A stretch of 64,000 nt of DNA from Octopus vulgaris. Its lineage: Eukaryota. The translations under genes and the position numbers were made by a program. The stretch is taken from the NCBI GenBank assembly GCA_951406725.2, contig OX597831.1, positions 55,118,001 to 55,182,000 of the forward strand, in the 5' to 3' direction. Below are positions 52,961 through 64,000 of the stretch, one piece after another. Every line of letters begins with the position of its first letter. Positions within the stretch are counted from its first letter, which is position 1. Below the pieces are notes generated by a model. That model searched no databases and was not told the origin of the DNA. It saw nothing but the letters and a program-made list of their open reading frames with translations.

Positions 52961-53089
52961 ACTGGTTCTCAAACTTTTTACCGTTGTGTGATGCACTGAA
53001 GATCTAGCTAAATACTATTGGATGGAAAGTTAAAAATTACTGACAGAAAGTTTAAGAAAAGAACAACTTCAATGGAAAAATTTTGAAAA

Positions 53090-53295
53090 TTAACCCTTTC
53101 ATTGCTAGATTGCTTTTGAAATACTCTGCTTTTATTCCAATTTATTTTGAAAATAAAGCAGAATCTAGTAAGCAATTTTGTCATTATTAACATGGAATTT
53201 TGATGGGAAGTTTTAATTTAGATCACTTTAAAACAATGAGTTTATACCACAGAACTAGGGGGTGGTCTCAGGCAGGTTGGTATCAAAAGGGTTAA
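53090..53295. mobile_element. piggyBac-like MITE family 1 with both TTAA sites
   Basis: TTAA|ccctttc ... caaaaggg|TTAA. Confidence 0.75.
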
Positions 53296-55399
53296 TGCAA
53301 GTAACTATTGCATACCTTGTTATATTTGTCATCCTTGTGTGACACAAAATTATGAATAACCAGTTTTCCAAGATGCTGAAACATGAATATGAATTTTCTA
53401 AAGCCTTAAATTCCACCTGTGTTGCACCTAGATATGTCTTGTGGCAAAACAGTGTGTGATAACACACCATTTGAGTACAACTGCATCTCATATGCTGTCT
53501 CAAGAAATGAGGTCTGCATGCACTGCTATAAGTAAAGGAATGTCTAAGTATGGTCGCTGACAGACTAGATACAGGGGCTTCTAGCAGTCACAGCTGACCA
53601 TGCATGTACATGCAAGATTTATTTATTTATTTGTTTATTCATTTATTTATTTTATAGGTACAGGTGTGGCTTGTAGTAAGAAGCTTGCTTCCCAACACAT
53701 GGATCCGGGTTCAGTCCCACCTTGGACAAGTGTCTTCTATTATAGCCTTGGGCTAACAAAAGCCTTGTGAGTGGATTTGGTAGGCAGAAACTGAAAGAAG
53801 CCATGTGTGTGTGTGTGTGTGTATGTCATTATTCAGTTTATTTCAAGATTTCTAGCCAATAGAGAAAGAACCAGTTTCTAACCTAGACCAAAGGCTCCTT
53901 CATTGGAATTTCAACATCAACAACAGGATGGGTGGCTGGGTATGTATGTATGTATGTATGTATGTATGCATGGATGTATACATGCATATATGTATGTGTA
54001 TCTTTGTATCTGTGTTTGTTCCTCATCACTGCTTGACAACTGGGGCTGGTGTGTTTATGTCCCTGTAATTTAGCAGTCCGGCAAAATATAGTAATAGAAT
54101 AAGTACCAGGCTTTAAAAAAAAAAAAGAAAGGACTGGGGTCACTTCATTCAACTAAAAATTCTTCAAGGAGGTGCCCCTAGCATGACCGCAGTCTAATGA
54201 CTGAAAAAAGTAAATGATAAAAGATAAAAGACTGGCAGTTGCCTAGGCATGCAAGTCAGCCAATTGTATCAACTTTGATACTTGGCTGATATTTTATTTT
54301 ACCAACTCCAGAAGGATGAAAGGCAAAGTTAACCTTGTTGGTATGTGAACTCAGAATTTAATAAACCAAAACATATACTGCACAGCATTTTGCTCAAAAT
54401 TCTAATGACTCCTGTAATAATAATTTGTTACATAGTCACAAGGCCTTAAATTTGGCCTAGTGTGCTTGTAAAAGAACAGTCGATTAAATCAATCCCAATA
54501 ACCTGACTGTTACTCATGTTATCAACTCTGAAAGGATAAAAAAGCAAAGTCAACACTGGGAATATTTGAACTTAGAAATGCCACTACATTTTTGCCAATA
54601 AACCTATCACAGTATTTATTGGCAAAGACAGCTCTTCCTAAATACACCAACATTTTTATTACCATAATTTTTTACATTTTTCTTTTTGCATTTACATTAT
54701 ACTGTACATTTTAAACCATACACATAAAGAAATAGCTCACTGAAATGTTCAAGATTATGGTTACCAGACTGTGGCTGAAATTGAATCCAAACATCACCAA
54801 CTACAACTTTAACAAAAAAACTAAAATATTACTCAACACATGATGTTCCTGTATTTCTCAATAGTTTTTGTTGGTGGTAGTGGTGGTGGCTGGGGAAAGT
54901 GATTGAAGGGGGAGCAATCAATCTTCTTACAATACAATTTTCAGTAATTGGAATAAATTACCAAAGCCAGGTTATTAATGTCAGTTCCATAAATGGCTTT
55001 AAAAATAACTGGGCAAACATTAGGAAAGTTATTTATATAAAACATATTTTTATCCGCAGACTTAATTAATCATTATCATCATCTTCATCTATTTCACTTA
55101 TATCAAGCCAATGAAGGAGCTTCTACAAGACTGTTTCACTGGTTAGAAACAGCAGTTAAATTCCATCAATCCACATCTGACAACTGCGTAAAACTAAAAG
55201 AAAAATGGAAGGACACATTGGACGCATATACACCTATATATACCCAGAAAGAAGGGGTGGTCGTAGCTAGAACACTTTTTATCATACATCTACTTATCAG
55301 GATCAATCTGGGTTAAGAAAAAGAAATTAAAAACTCAATTCTATAGGAAAATAAAGATGATGATGATGATGATGATGATGATGTTGTTGTTGTTGTTGT

Positions 55400-55439
<40 letters not shown>

Positions 55440-56829
55440 GATGATGACAATGCTGGTGACAGCGGTGGAATCTGAACTTCATTTCAGCAATTGCTGTGAA
55501 TTCAAATTAAATTAAACTTACCTTTAAATAACACTACAGAAGATCTAAGAAGTCTGAGTCAACTTGCTATTAAAGGGGTGCTAGACCAAAAAAAGTTTAA
55601 AAAAAACACTGCCTGACACGAGTAAAAAAAAAAAATCAATTGAAATCTAGTTTGAAAGTTGTTCACCAAAAACATATTTCTTCACTCACATCTCAACCTC
55701 TACCACAACAATCATCTCGTTCTAGCCATTTTACCATTTTTATTCAAACAAAAAATAAAAAAACACACTAGAAAGGGGAAGTATTATTGATTGGGTCTGC
55801 CTCTATGTATTGGTAGTAATTTATTTTATCAACCTTAGCTACCTATCTAAAAAAGAAAAGAGCAGAATTAGAAGGAAAAAAACCAGAGGTCACAAACAAG
55901 ATATCCAGTATCATGTAGTCAGCTCTCACTGTTCTTTTGCACTAATATCTACCAGCCTTAGGCAAATATAGCTTTGGTGATCATGTTCAGAGGCATAATG
56001 TAATTTATTGACAACTGTATGTTGCAACAGTAATTTCTCAGCAAAGATTGGAATCTGCAGCTCTTTCCATTTTCACTTGGAACAGAAATTCACAACATAT
56101 TTATTCAGTGGACAGTCTGTTTAGTGCTAAAAATATTTTAAGGAGGAACTGACAAGATGGAGTAGAGACAATTATAGCTGGATTATTTTATGGTGTTTGT
56201 GATGTAATAATAATTCAATTGCATACAGAAATAGTAAAATAAGGAACAGAGTTTGGAAGAAGGGACAAAGACAGATGGAAAAGCTTTTGAAGTGCTAATT
56301 TTAATGGCAGGAATAGATAGCTTCTAGAGAAAAGAATCAGTGACAGTCATAAATATGTGTGACGGATGTATTTTTAAAAATTGTATGAAGTCACAGGCAT
56401 GGCTGTGTGGTAACAAGTTTGCTTCCCAACCACATGCTACTGAGTTCAATCAAACCGCAAGGCACTCTGGGCAAATATTTTCTACTATAACCCTGCGCTG
56501 ACCAGTGGATTAGTAGATGGAAACTGAAAGAAGCCTGTCATGTGTGTGTGCGCATGTGTGTGTACAGATGTATGTATGAATGTATGTATGTAACTATGTG
56601 CGATGTATCTTTGTGTTTGTCTCCCACCCCCACTTGACAACCAATGATGGTTTGTGTACATCACCAGAACTTAGTAGTCTGGCAAAAGAGTTCAACAAAG
56701 TAAATAGCAGACTTTAAAAATAAATAAGTACCGGGATCATTTTGTATGACTAGGACCATTTAAGGTTATGCTCCAGCATGGCTGTGGTCTAATGACTGAA
56801 ACAAGTAAAAGATAAAAGACAAAAAAGAT

Positions 56830-57260
56830 GAAAAAGAATATAGTGGGAGGAAGCTATGATGACTGGGCTTTACTAATTCATCAGATCGACATTTTGGAGA
56901 AGCCAGTACACTTAATGCGCAAGAAGAGTTAAAGATGGGGAACAGAATATAGTTATCAAATGGCTGAACAAGATCACAAGTGTGCAATAAAAGATTATTC
57001 AGGGGGAAAATAAGAACATGTAAGGGAGTAAAGTAGATCCTTGAGGGGATGTTTTATGGATAATGGACTGTGCAACTCTTTTGACAATATTCACAGTAAT
57101 TGTGAAATAGCATGTCCAGCAAATGACGAATTTCATAGGCAATAAAATTGTCCATTAGGTTGGTAAGTTTCATCTCTGAAGGCAGTAAACAGAGAAGACA
57201 AGCACATGGGTAGTTTAATCCAGACCGTGCTTATATAGCGCAGCTTCTTTCATCTTGAAC
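56830..57260 (-). mobile_element. Very old LINE RT remnant (CR1/L2/Jockey-like)
   Basis: Reverse complement gives PQGSTLLPYMFL, resembling the RT motif PQGS. Confidence 0.3.
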
Positions 57261-57514
57261 AGAATGTCGAAATCAATTCATACGAGCAAAATTCTGATGT
57301 TTATTTTCATTCAGTGAATTTGGAAACGAACCAGGCTTATAAAATTGCAATATGAAAGATTCAAATATGATGAGCAAAAGTGCTATCAGAACATATTGAT
57401 CCTGGTGAGGCCAAATTCCTGATACCAGCAAAATTTCCATAGATTTAGAGACAGTTGCAGACAATATTGATAAACAGTTAAACATTGGCATCTGTAATTT
57501 ATTGATTCGTTACA

Positions 57515-57563
<49 letters not shown>

Positions 57564-57770
57564 AAATGAAACAATAATTTCATATTGCTGCCAAAGGGAT
57601 CATAGCCAGGCTCAAAACTTTTAGAAAACCTCTTATGTTGCATGTGTGTATATACACACTACACACACACATATATGCATACACATACACACATATATGC
57701 ATATACTCACTCATATAAATATCTATATATCAATAACACACACACACACTCACACATGTATGTATGTATG

Positions 57771-57849
<79 letters not shown>

Positions 57850-58521
57850 TGGGATTCTGTCCCAGAGAGGACTTGTCCAACCCATGCAAACACATGAAAA
57901 AGACATAAAAATGATTATGATGATCATGTGTACACAAACATTCATGCATATAAATGCACACACACGCACACACACACACATACATATAAAATGAAAAGTA
58001 AATGGATCTCAGCCTGCTTTGATGATAGATATTCAATCGTTCAATCAACAGAACTACAGCGCCATGAATAAAAGTTCTATTTCAATGGTGTAGAGTAACT
58101 GCACAAGTGATAAAGAAAGTGTACTGACGATAACAGTGACTGTGCTGAAAAATAAAAAAGCATTAGTTACAAAATAAAATAAAAATACAATAAGGCATTA
58201 GTTTTTCAGCTGTCGTGTTATTAAGTATGTTGGACTCAGTATGTTTGAAACATGTCTCATTGTCATCTTTTAATGTCTATGTTAACATAGAAATTATAGT
58301 TTGACTGGATCTGAAGTGTCCAAGGACAGCATTGTGCTTCAGTGTCTGCTTTAGCTTGGTTTCTATGACTGGATGTCCCTCCTAATACCAACCACATTGC
58401 AATGTGCTGGATGCTTTTATTTTTTGTGGTGCTTGCAGTAATGAGGCCACCATGCAGCTTGAAAAAGACTAAGATCACCTTTGACTGGGTGGAGCTACAG
58501 TAGAGAGGGAGTTAGCTTTAT

Positions 58522-58815
58522 TGTTTGTTCCTTCTCGAGCCATGCCTGGCTCATAAGGGCCGGTTTCCCGGTTTCTTGGCGTATAGGTTCCCCACCTGGA
58601 CGGGACGCCGGTCCGTCGCAGGTGAGCTGCAAGAGGCAGGAGGAAAGAGTGAGAGAAAGTTGTGGCGAAAGAGTCAGCAGAAGTTCGCCATTACCTTCTG
58701 CCGGAGCCGTGTGGAGCTTAGGTGTTTCGCTCATAAATACACACGTTGCCCGGTCTGAGATTCAAACCGGCGATCCCTCGACCGCTGCTCTAACCACTAG
58801 GCCATGTGCCTCTAC
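58522..58815 (-). mobile_element. Young tRNA-derived SINE family D with 12-bp TSD
   Basis: Reverse complement tggcctagtggttagagc (A box), ggtttgaatctc (B box), (AAAC)n tail. TSD agttagctttat at 58510-21 and 58816-27. A related head lies at ~48235-48372. Confidence 0.85.
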
Positions 58816-59271
58816 AGTTAGCTTTATGCAAGGAGATGACGGGCTGAAGTGGAAGAGAAAGGGGCAAAAGAGAACAGGATTCTTGCTTCCAAGGAGCTAC
58901 ATGGCTAGTCACATTATAGAAGAAAGAGGAGGGGTAAACACTGTAAAGTTAGAAAGAGAGATAAATGTAGTGGTGAGGAAGTGTGAGAGTATAATGAGTG
59001 AAGAACAAGTCTTGTGAGATAATAAATATACATTGGAGAGACAGTAAAGAAGAGTAGGCGATAACTGTAGATTGGGTAGATTTGAGGGGTGGATGTAGTC
59101 AATGGGGGATAAAGAGTGGAGGTGATCAATGGTACATATAAATTGGAGGAGTTTGGGGAGAGTAGGAAATGACAGTACCGAAAGGGGTGAAGAACAGCAG
59201 AATAGTAATAAAAATATGGTAGACAGAGGAACATTGACTTGCATTTCCTTCTGCTGTTTTGGCATTGTCTG

Positions 59272-59439
59272 AGGTGCAGGAGTGGCTGTGTGGTAAGTAT
59301 CTTGCTTACCAACCACATGGTTCCGGGTTCAGTCCCACTGCGTGGCACCTTGGGCAAGTGTCTTCTGCTATAGCCTCAGACTGACCAATGCCTTGTGAGT
59401 GGATTTGGTAGACGGAAACTGAAAGAAGCCCGTTGTATA

Positions 59440-59500
<61 letters not shown>

Positions 59501-59792
59501 CTATTCTATCGGCCACTTTTGCCAAACCGCTAAGTTACGGGGACGTAAACACACCACCATCAGTTGTCAAGCGATGTTGGGGGGACAAACACAAACACTT
59601 ACATATATATATATATATATACATATATACGACAGGCTTCTTTCAGTTTCTGTTTACCAAATCCACTCACAAGGCTTTGGTCGGCCCAAGGCTATAGTAG
59701 AAACATTTGCCCAAGGTGTCATGCAGTGGGAATGAACCCGGAAACATGTGGTTGCTAAGTAAGCTACTTACCACACAGCCACTCCTGCGCCT
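59272..59792. mobile_element. Two SINE family A copies in inverted (tail-to-tail) arrangement
   Basis: The plus-strand head at 59272-59435 and the minus-strand head at ~59630-59792 are reverse complements. Confidence 0.85.
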
Positions 59793-61037
59793 ATATCTTA
59801 AGGTTCTTATTTTTTTTTGCATTCATGAAATGTTATGTGAAAGGATTATTTTTTAACAGGGATTTCTTCTAACTTATTATAAAATAAAATAAAATAGGTT
59901 ATCTATGCATGTTTTAAGTTGTGAAACAATAGTTGTTATATAAGAATTTCCAATAGCTAAATAAATTTTATCATACTATATTTGTCTTGTTATTTATGAC
60001 TTTATATACTCCTTATGCTTTTCTCTTGAATCATACTGTATATTTTATATGCTTTGTTGAATGATATATTAAGGAGCTTTTTTATGAGTAGCAGAGGATT
60101 AGTTGAATCCATATATTTTCACTTAAATTTATATATATATATGTATGTATGTATTATGTATGTGTATATATATATATATTCACATACATACACACAAACA
60201 CACACATATATGAATATAAGTATGTATACACACACACACAAAGTAGTTATTTTTCGTCAATTGAAATAAGGTTTCTAATAACTAAAATACACAAGAATGC
60301 TAATGCTACCACTTTTCCATAGTGAAGCACTGCTCAAATCACCACTTTCAAGACATACTAGAATACTAGCAAAATGCTTGGCAATGAATGAACTATATTC
60401 AATAATGATCCTTTGCAGTTAACTTCTCCTCTTTAAAAATATTAATATTATGTAAGTGGATAAGTGGATATAATAGTTATTGATCAAGTTGACAAATTAT
60501 TGAGATACAATTGCAAATCAACTCTAACAGAACATAAATATAAAATTCTAAAGTCAATACAACTCGGAATCTTTTGTCATACCATTATTAAATTCTTAAA
60601 CTGCTTCAAACTAATCCTAAGAAAATTAAGTCTGAAACAAATATTTTAATTTTCTTTCTTTTCTTTTGTATTTTACAGCTTGAATGACATTTCCAAGAAA
60701 TAAACAGCACAACAGGTCATCTCAGTATGACCTAACAAGTTAATTCAATATCCTATCATTGAGAAATCGAAAACAGATTTGAGTCTAGACTGCTGTAGTT
60801 TTGATTATATTTTGCAGAATTATCTCATGGTTATTAATAAAATAGAGTTGAAATATATTCTTGTTTGTTGTTCAATAATACATAAGAGCTCTAATGTTCT
60901 CTCGTTTATATAATCCAGTGGTTTCCAATAGTGGTTATTGAAAACCAGAGATTTTAATTGAGTGGCACCCCTCCTTTGGGGGAGAGGTCTTTGTGAACTC
61001 ACAAATAAAAGAATACAAATAGGGGTATGTTGAATGT

Positions 61038-61264
61038 TTAACCCTTTAGCGTTTACATTATTCTGTCAAAAGTAATGTTTATTTATTCACACGTCTTTAA
61101 TTAATCATGCATTATCATGTAGCTTTGAGATTTTGATGAGATAACTGTTAAATTCTAGAATGATATTGTAGGGTAGGTATGAGAGGCCACATCTGGTCAG
61201 TTTAAGCATAAAACAGGTAGAATAATTGAGCCAGATATGGCTGGTTTCAATACTAAAGGGATAA
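61038..61264. mobile_element. piggyBac-like MITE family 2
   Basis: TTAA|ccctttagc...tactaaaggg|ataa. Homologous to 5794-6020. Confidence 0.7.
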
Positions 61265-61633
61265 AGGGGGGAGATTTTTCTCAGAAATAAAATATTTAAA
61301 CCACCCTAATAAGGGTCAAAATTCGACACAGCAAATCCAATAGCTTTTCTCTGAAGCTACTAGATTTGATCATCATCATCATCATCATCATCGTTTAATG
61401 TCTGCTTTCCATGCTAGCATGGGTTGGACAATGTGACTGAGGACTGGCAAACCAGATGGCTGCACCAGGTTCCAATCTTGATCTGGTAGAGTTTCTACAG
61501 CTGGATGCCCTTCCTAACGCCAACCACTCTGAAAGTGTAGTGGGTGCTTTTACATGCCACCGGCATGGGGGCCAGTCAGGTGGTACTGGCAGCAACCTCG
61601 CTTGAATGTTTTTTCACGTGCCACCAGCACAAG

Positions 61634-62000
61634 GATTGGCAACTTGTTTCTCTGAGATTGGTCAAGTGATGTAGATACTTCTGATGAGACTCCAGTAAGA
61701 GTCGAAAATCAATTAAGGTCCATCCATCATTTCTTTAAATCTATGGAGAAATATGTAAGTTAGATATGTGTGTATGTCTACTACATAGGTTTACATATAT
61801 TATACCATACTTTGATACTGTATGGATTGGTTTCTCCATTGACAGGCCTCTGATATTAGATAAAGTGATAGACACTTATAGTATGCAAATTAGTAGCTCC
61901 AGTTCTATGAAACTACTGGACATGTGCATATAAACAGATTGGCCACTTGTTCACTGAGGTTGTTCTCTGATGAGAGTCAAACTCAGGTTCATCATAATTT
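61634..62000 (+). mobile_element. Hammerhead-containing direct-repeat element (Penelope/retrozyme-like), decayed
   Basis: CTGATGA-GACTC-cagtaa-GAGTC-GAAA at 61681-61707. A deleted second copy sits at 61967. The leader gattggc(a/c)acttgtt repeats 303 bp apart. Confidence 0.5.
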
Positions 62001-62021
62001 TTTTTCAATCAATGGCTATAT

Positions 62022-62252
62022 TTGAACCTTTTTATCACCATATTTCTGTTGAAATACACCGTTTCTGTTTCAATTAATTCAAAAAGTTGCGAAAAATTTA
62101 CTAAAATAACTTTGTTATTATTAAACTGGTGTTTGAAACATAAATCAACATGAAATTTTGAAAGGAAGTTTTAATTTAGATTGCTTTAAAATAGGAAATT
62201 TGTATCATAGAACCAGGGGTGGTCTCATGCAGGTTGGTGTCAAAATGGTTAA
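62022..62252. mobile_element. piggyBac-like MITE family 1
   Basis: aacctttttatcacc...ggttggtgtcaaaatggttaa. Confidence 0.65.
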
Positions 62253-62254
62253 AC

Positions 62255-63120
62255 ACATTTTCACTAACATCTTTTATCAGGATTGAGATAGGAACATGAC
62301 ATTGTGTTATTAGAGAGCAAAACTACAACTGATGATATCCCAAGGTCCGATACAAGTTTGATAAACAGGTCTGTGGCAGGAATATTTGACAGTCGCAATA
62401 CAACTAGAAATCGAAACTGGATCACTAACCAGTGCAAAACTAAGTAAAATGAACGCAATTCACTCAAATATTGCTGACGTCACCAAAACATTTAATCATT
62501 CAAAACTTCTGATGGAACTGGATTCAAATTTTTGGTGCATTTTTGTGACTAAAACAATGTTTACATGTTGAGTGCATTTTAAACACTAGCTGGCAGATAA
62601 CAGCAGAGAACCAGAAAGCAGACCAAAACAGTGTCTACAGTAGCAAGACAATGGTCAATGACAACATTTTCACTAACATCTTTATCAGGATTAAAATAGG
62701 AACAGGACATTAGAGAGCAAAAATACAACTGATAATGTCTCAAAATCCAATATAATTTTGATATATGAGTCTGTAGCAGGAATATTAGACAGTCACAATG
62801 CACTTAGAAATCAAAGCTGGATCATTATCCAGTGCAAAAAAACAATTAACTAATACAAATGCAATTTACTCAAATATTTCTGATGTCACCAATGCATTAA
62901 TCATTCAAAACTTCTGATGGAACAGCATTAAATTTTTGGTGCATTTTCTCTGTCAATAACATTGTCTATATATTTAGTGCATTTTAACCACTATCTGGTA
63001 GATAGCAGCGGAGAACCAGAAAGTAGACAAGAACAGTACTACAACAGCAAGACAATGGTCAATGACAACAGCAAGACAATGGTCAATGACAACAGCAAGA
63101 CAATGGTCAATGACAACAGC
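62255..63120. repeat. Old 409-bp tandem duplication ending in a 24-bp x3 minisatellite
   Basis: acattttcactaacatc at 62255 and 62664. gcaagacaatggtcaatgacaaca repeated three times at ~63047-63118. Confidence 0.85.
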
Positions 63121-63267
63121 AACAATGATGGGGGTGATGGTGGCAGTGACACCCAGTAACAGCTAACTCCAAGAAACACACAGTTTTTACATGGCACCTT
63201 GGTTTTTGGATCTCTACTGTTATACCTGATCCTACAAAAAACCCATATAAACTACGAAGTATCTTAC

Positions 63268-63470
63268 TTGCGTAAACATCTTTTCTTGTCGTTCATAGTA
63301 ATGACAACATTCAATTGTTAATGATACGAAGAAATATTTTTTGCATTTAAAATCTCAACAGAATCTGTGTTCATTTGATTCATATCAGCTCAATATCAAA
63401 TTGTAACACCATTCACATAAACTCTTAGAAACTTCTTATCATTACAAGTCCTTGCCTTCTTAAGAAATTT
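63268..63470 (-). other. Candidate spliced exon (203 nt), probably 5'UTR or non-coding
   Basis: Acceptor tctttcttgtcttatttttgtttttatag| and donor caa|gtaaga. No through-going ORF, only short uORFs. Confidence 0.45.
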
Positions 63471-64000
63471 CTATAAAAACAAAAATAAGACAAGAAAGAC
63501 TAATCCACACAAATACATAAGAAGCTGAATGAGGTTATATAAGACAATTTGGGTAGTAAACAATGGCACAAAATTTGCCACCATCTTGTTTGGGGGAAGA
63601 GTATTTGTAGTGGGAGCAAGCATTTGTAAAACATCATTCCATAAAAAGAGATTAATAAGCCACAAGTAATTGAGAACCACTGTTGTAGAAAGTGGTTAGG
63701 GGTGTTGCTATCATCGTTATCAACAACATTTAACATTCATTTTCCATGCTGGCATGGGTTGGACAGCTTGCAGGAACTGGTAAGACCGGGGGCCGCACCA
63801 GCTACCATGATTTGTTTTGGCTTGGTTTCTACAGCTAGATGCCCTTCCCATGCTAACCATTTTACAGAGTGTATTGGGTGCTTTTTATGAAACACCATCA
63901 TCAGTGCTTTTTACATGGCACCAATGACAGTGCTTTTTACACAGCACCAGCACCCATACCACTGTTTTTACATGGCACCTTGGTGTTTGGATCTCAATTC

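Noticed and set aside
58481-59017. 178-aa ORF
   Set aside because: It spans an antisense SINE with a clear TSD plus flanking repeat.
63047-63118. CRISPR-like direct repeats (also 52240-52385)
   Set aside because: The repeats are contiguous without unique spacers, the context is eukaryotic, and there are no cas genes.

Overview
AT-rich, repeat-saturated eukaryotic DNA, almost certainly from an octopus (coleoid cephalopod) genome. This is inferred from the characteristic tRNA-derived SINE families and the dense (TA)n/(CA)n/(AAT)n/(ATC)n/(GA)n microsatellites. No intact protein-coding gene is recognisable. Almost all ORF-track entries are microsatellite or SINE translations. The window reads as intronic/intergenic sequence built from nested decayed transposable elements: several SINE families, RTE and R4/Dong LINE remnants, an internally deleted Ty3/Gypsy (K02A2.6-like) element with one LTR, DD37D/maT, mariner, Tigger/pogo, hAT and piggyBac-like MITEs, and Helitrons. 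A few strong minus-strand splice-site pairs suggest non-coding or 5'UTR exons of a large-intron transcript. The most notable observations are: (i) four hammerhead-ribozyme-like cores of Penelope type, one carried by a tRNA-headed SINE with a target-site duplication; (ii) two inverted, locally templated insertions landing inside RTE remnants; (iii) a transposase fragment closely resembling mammalian Tigger4/Zombi. All coordinates and identities were read by eye.
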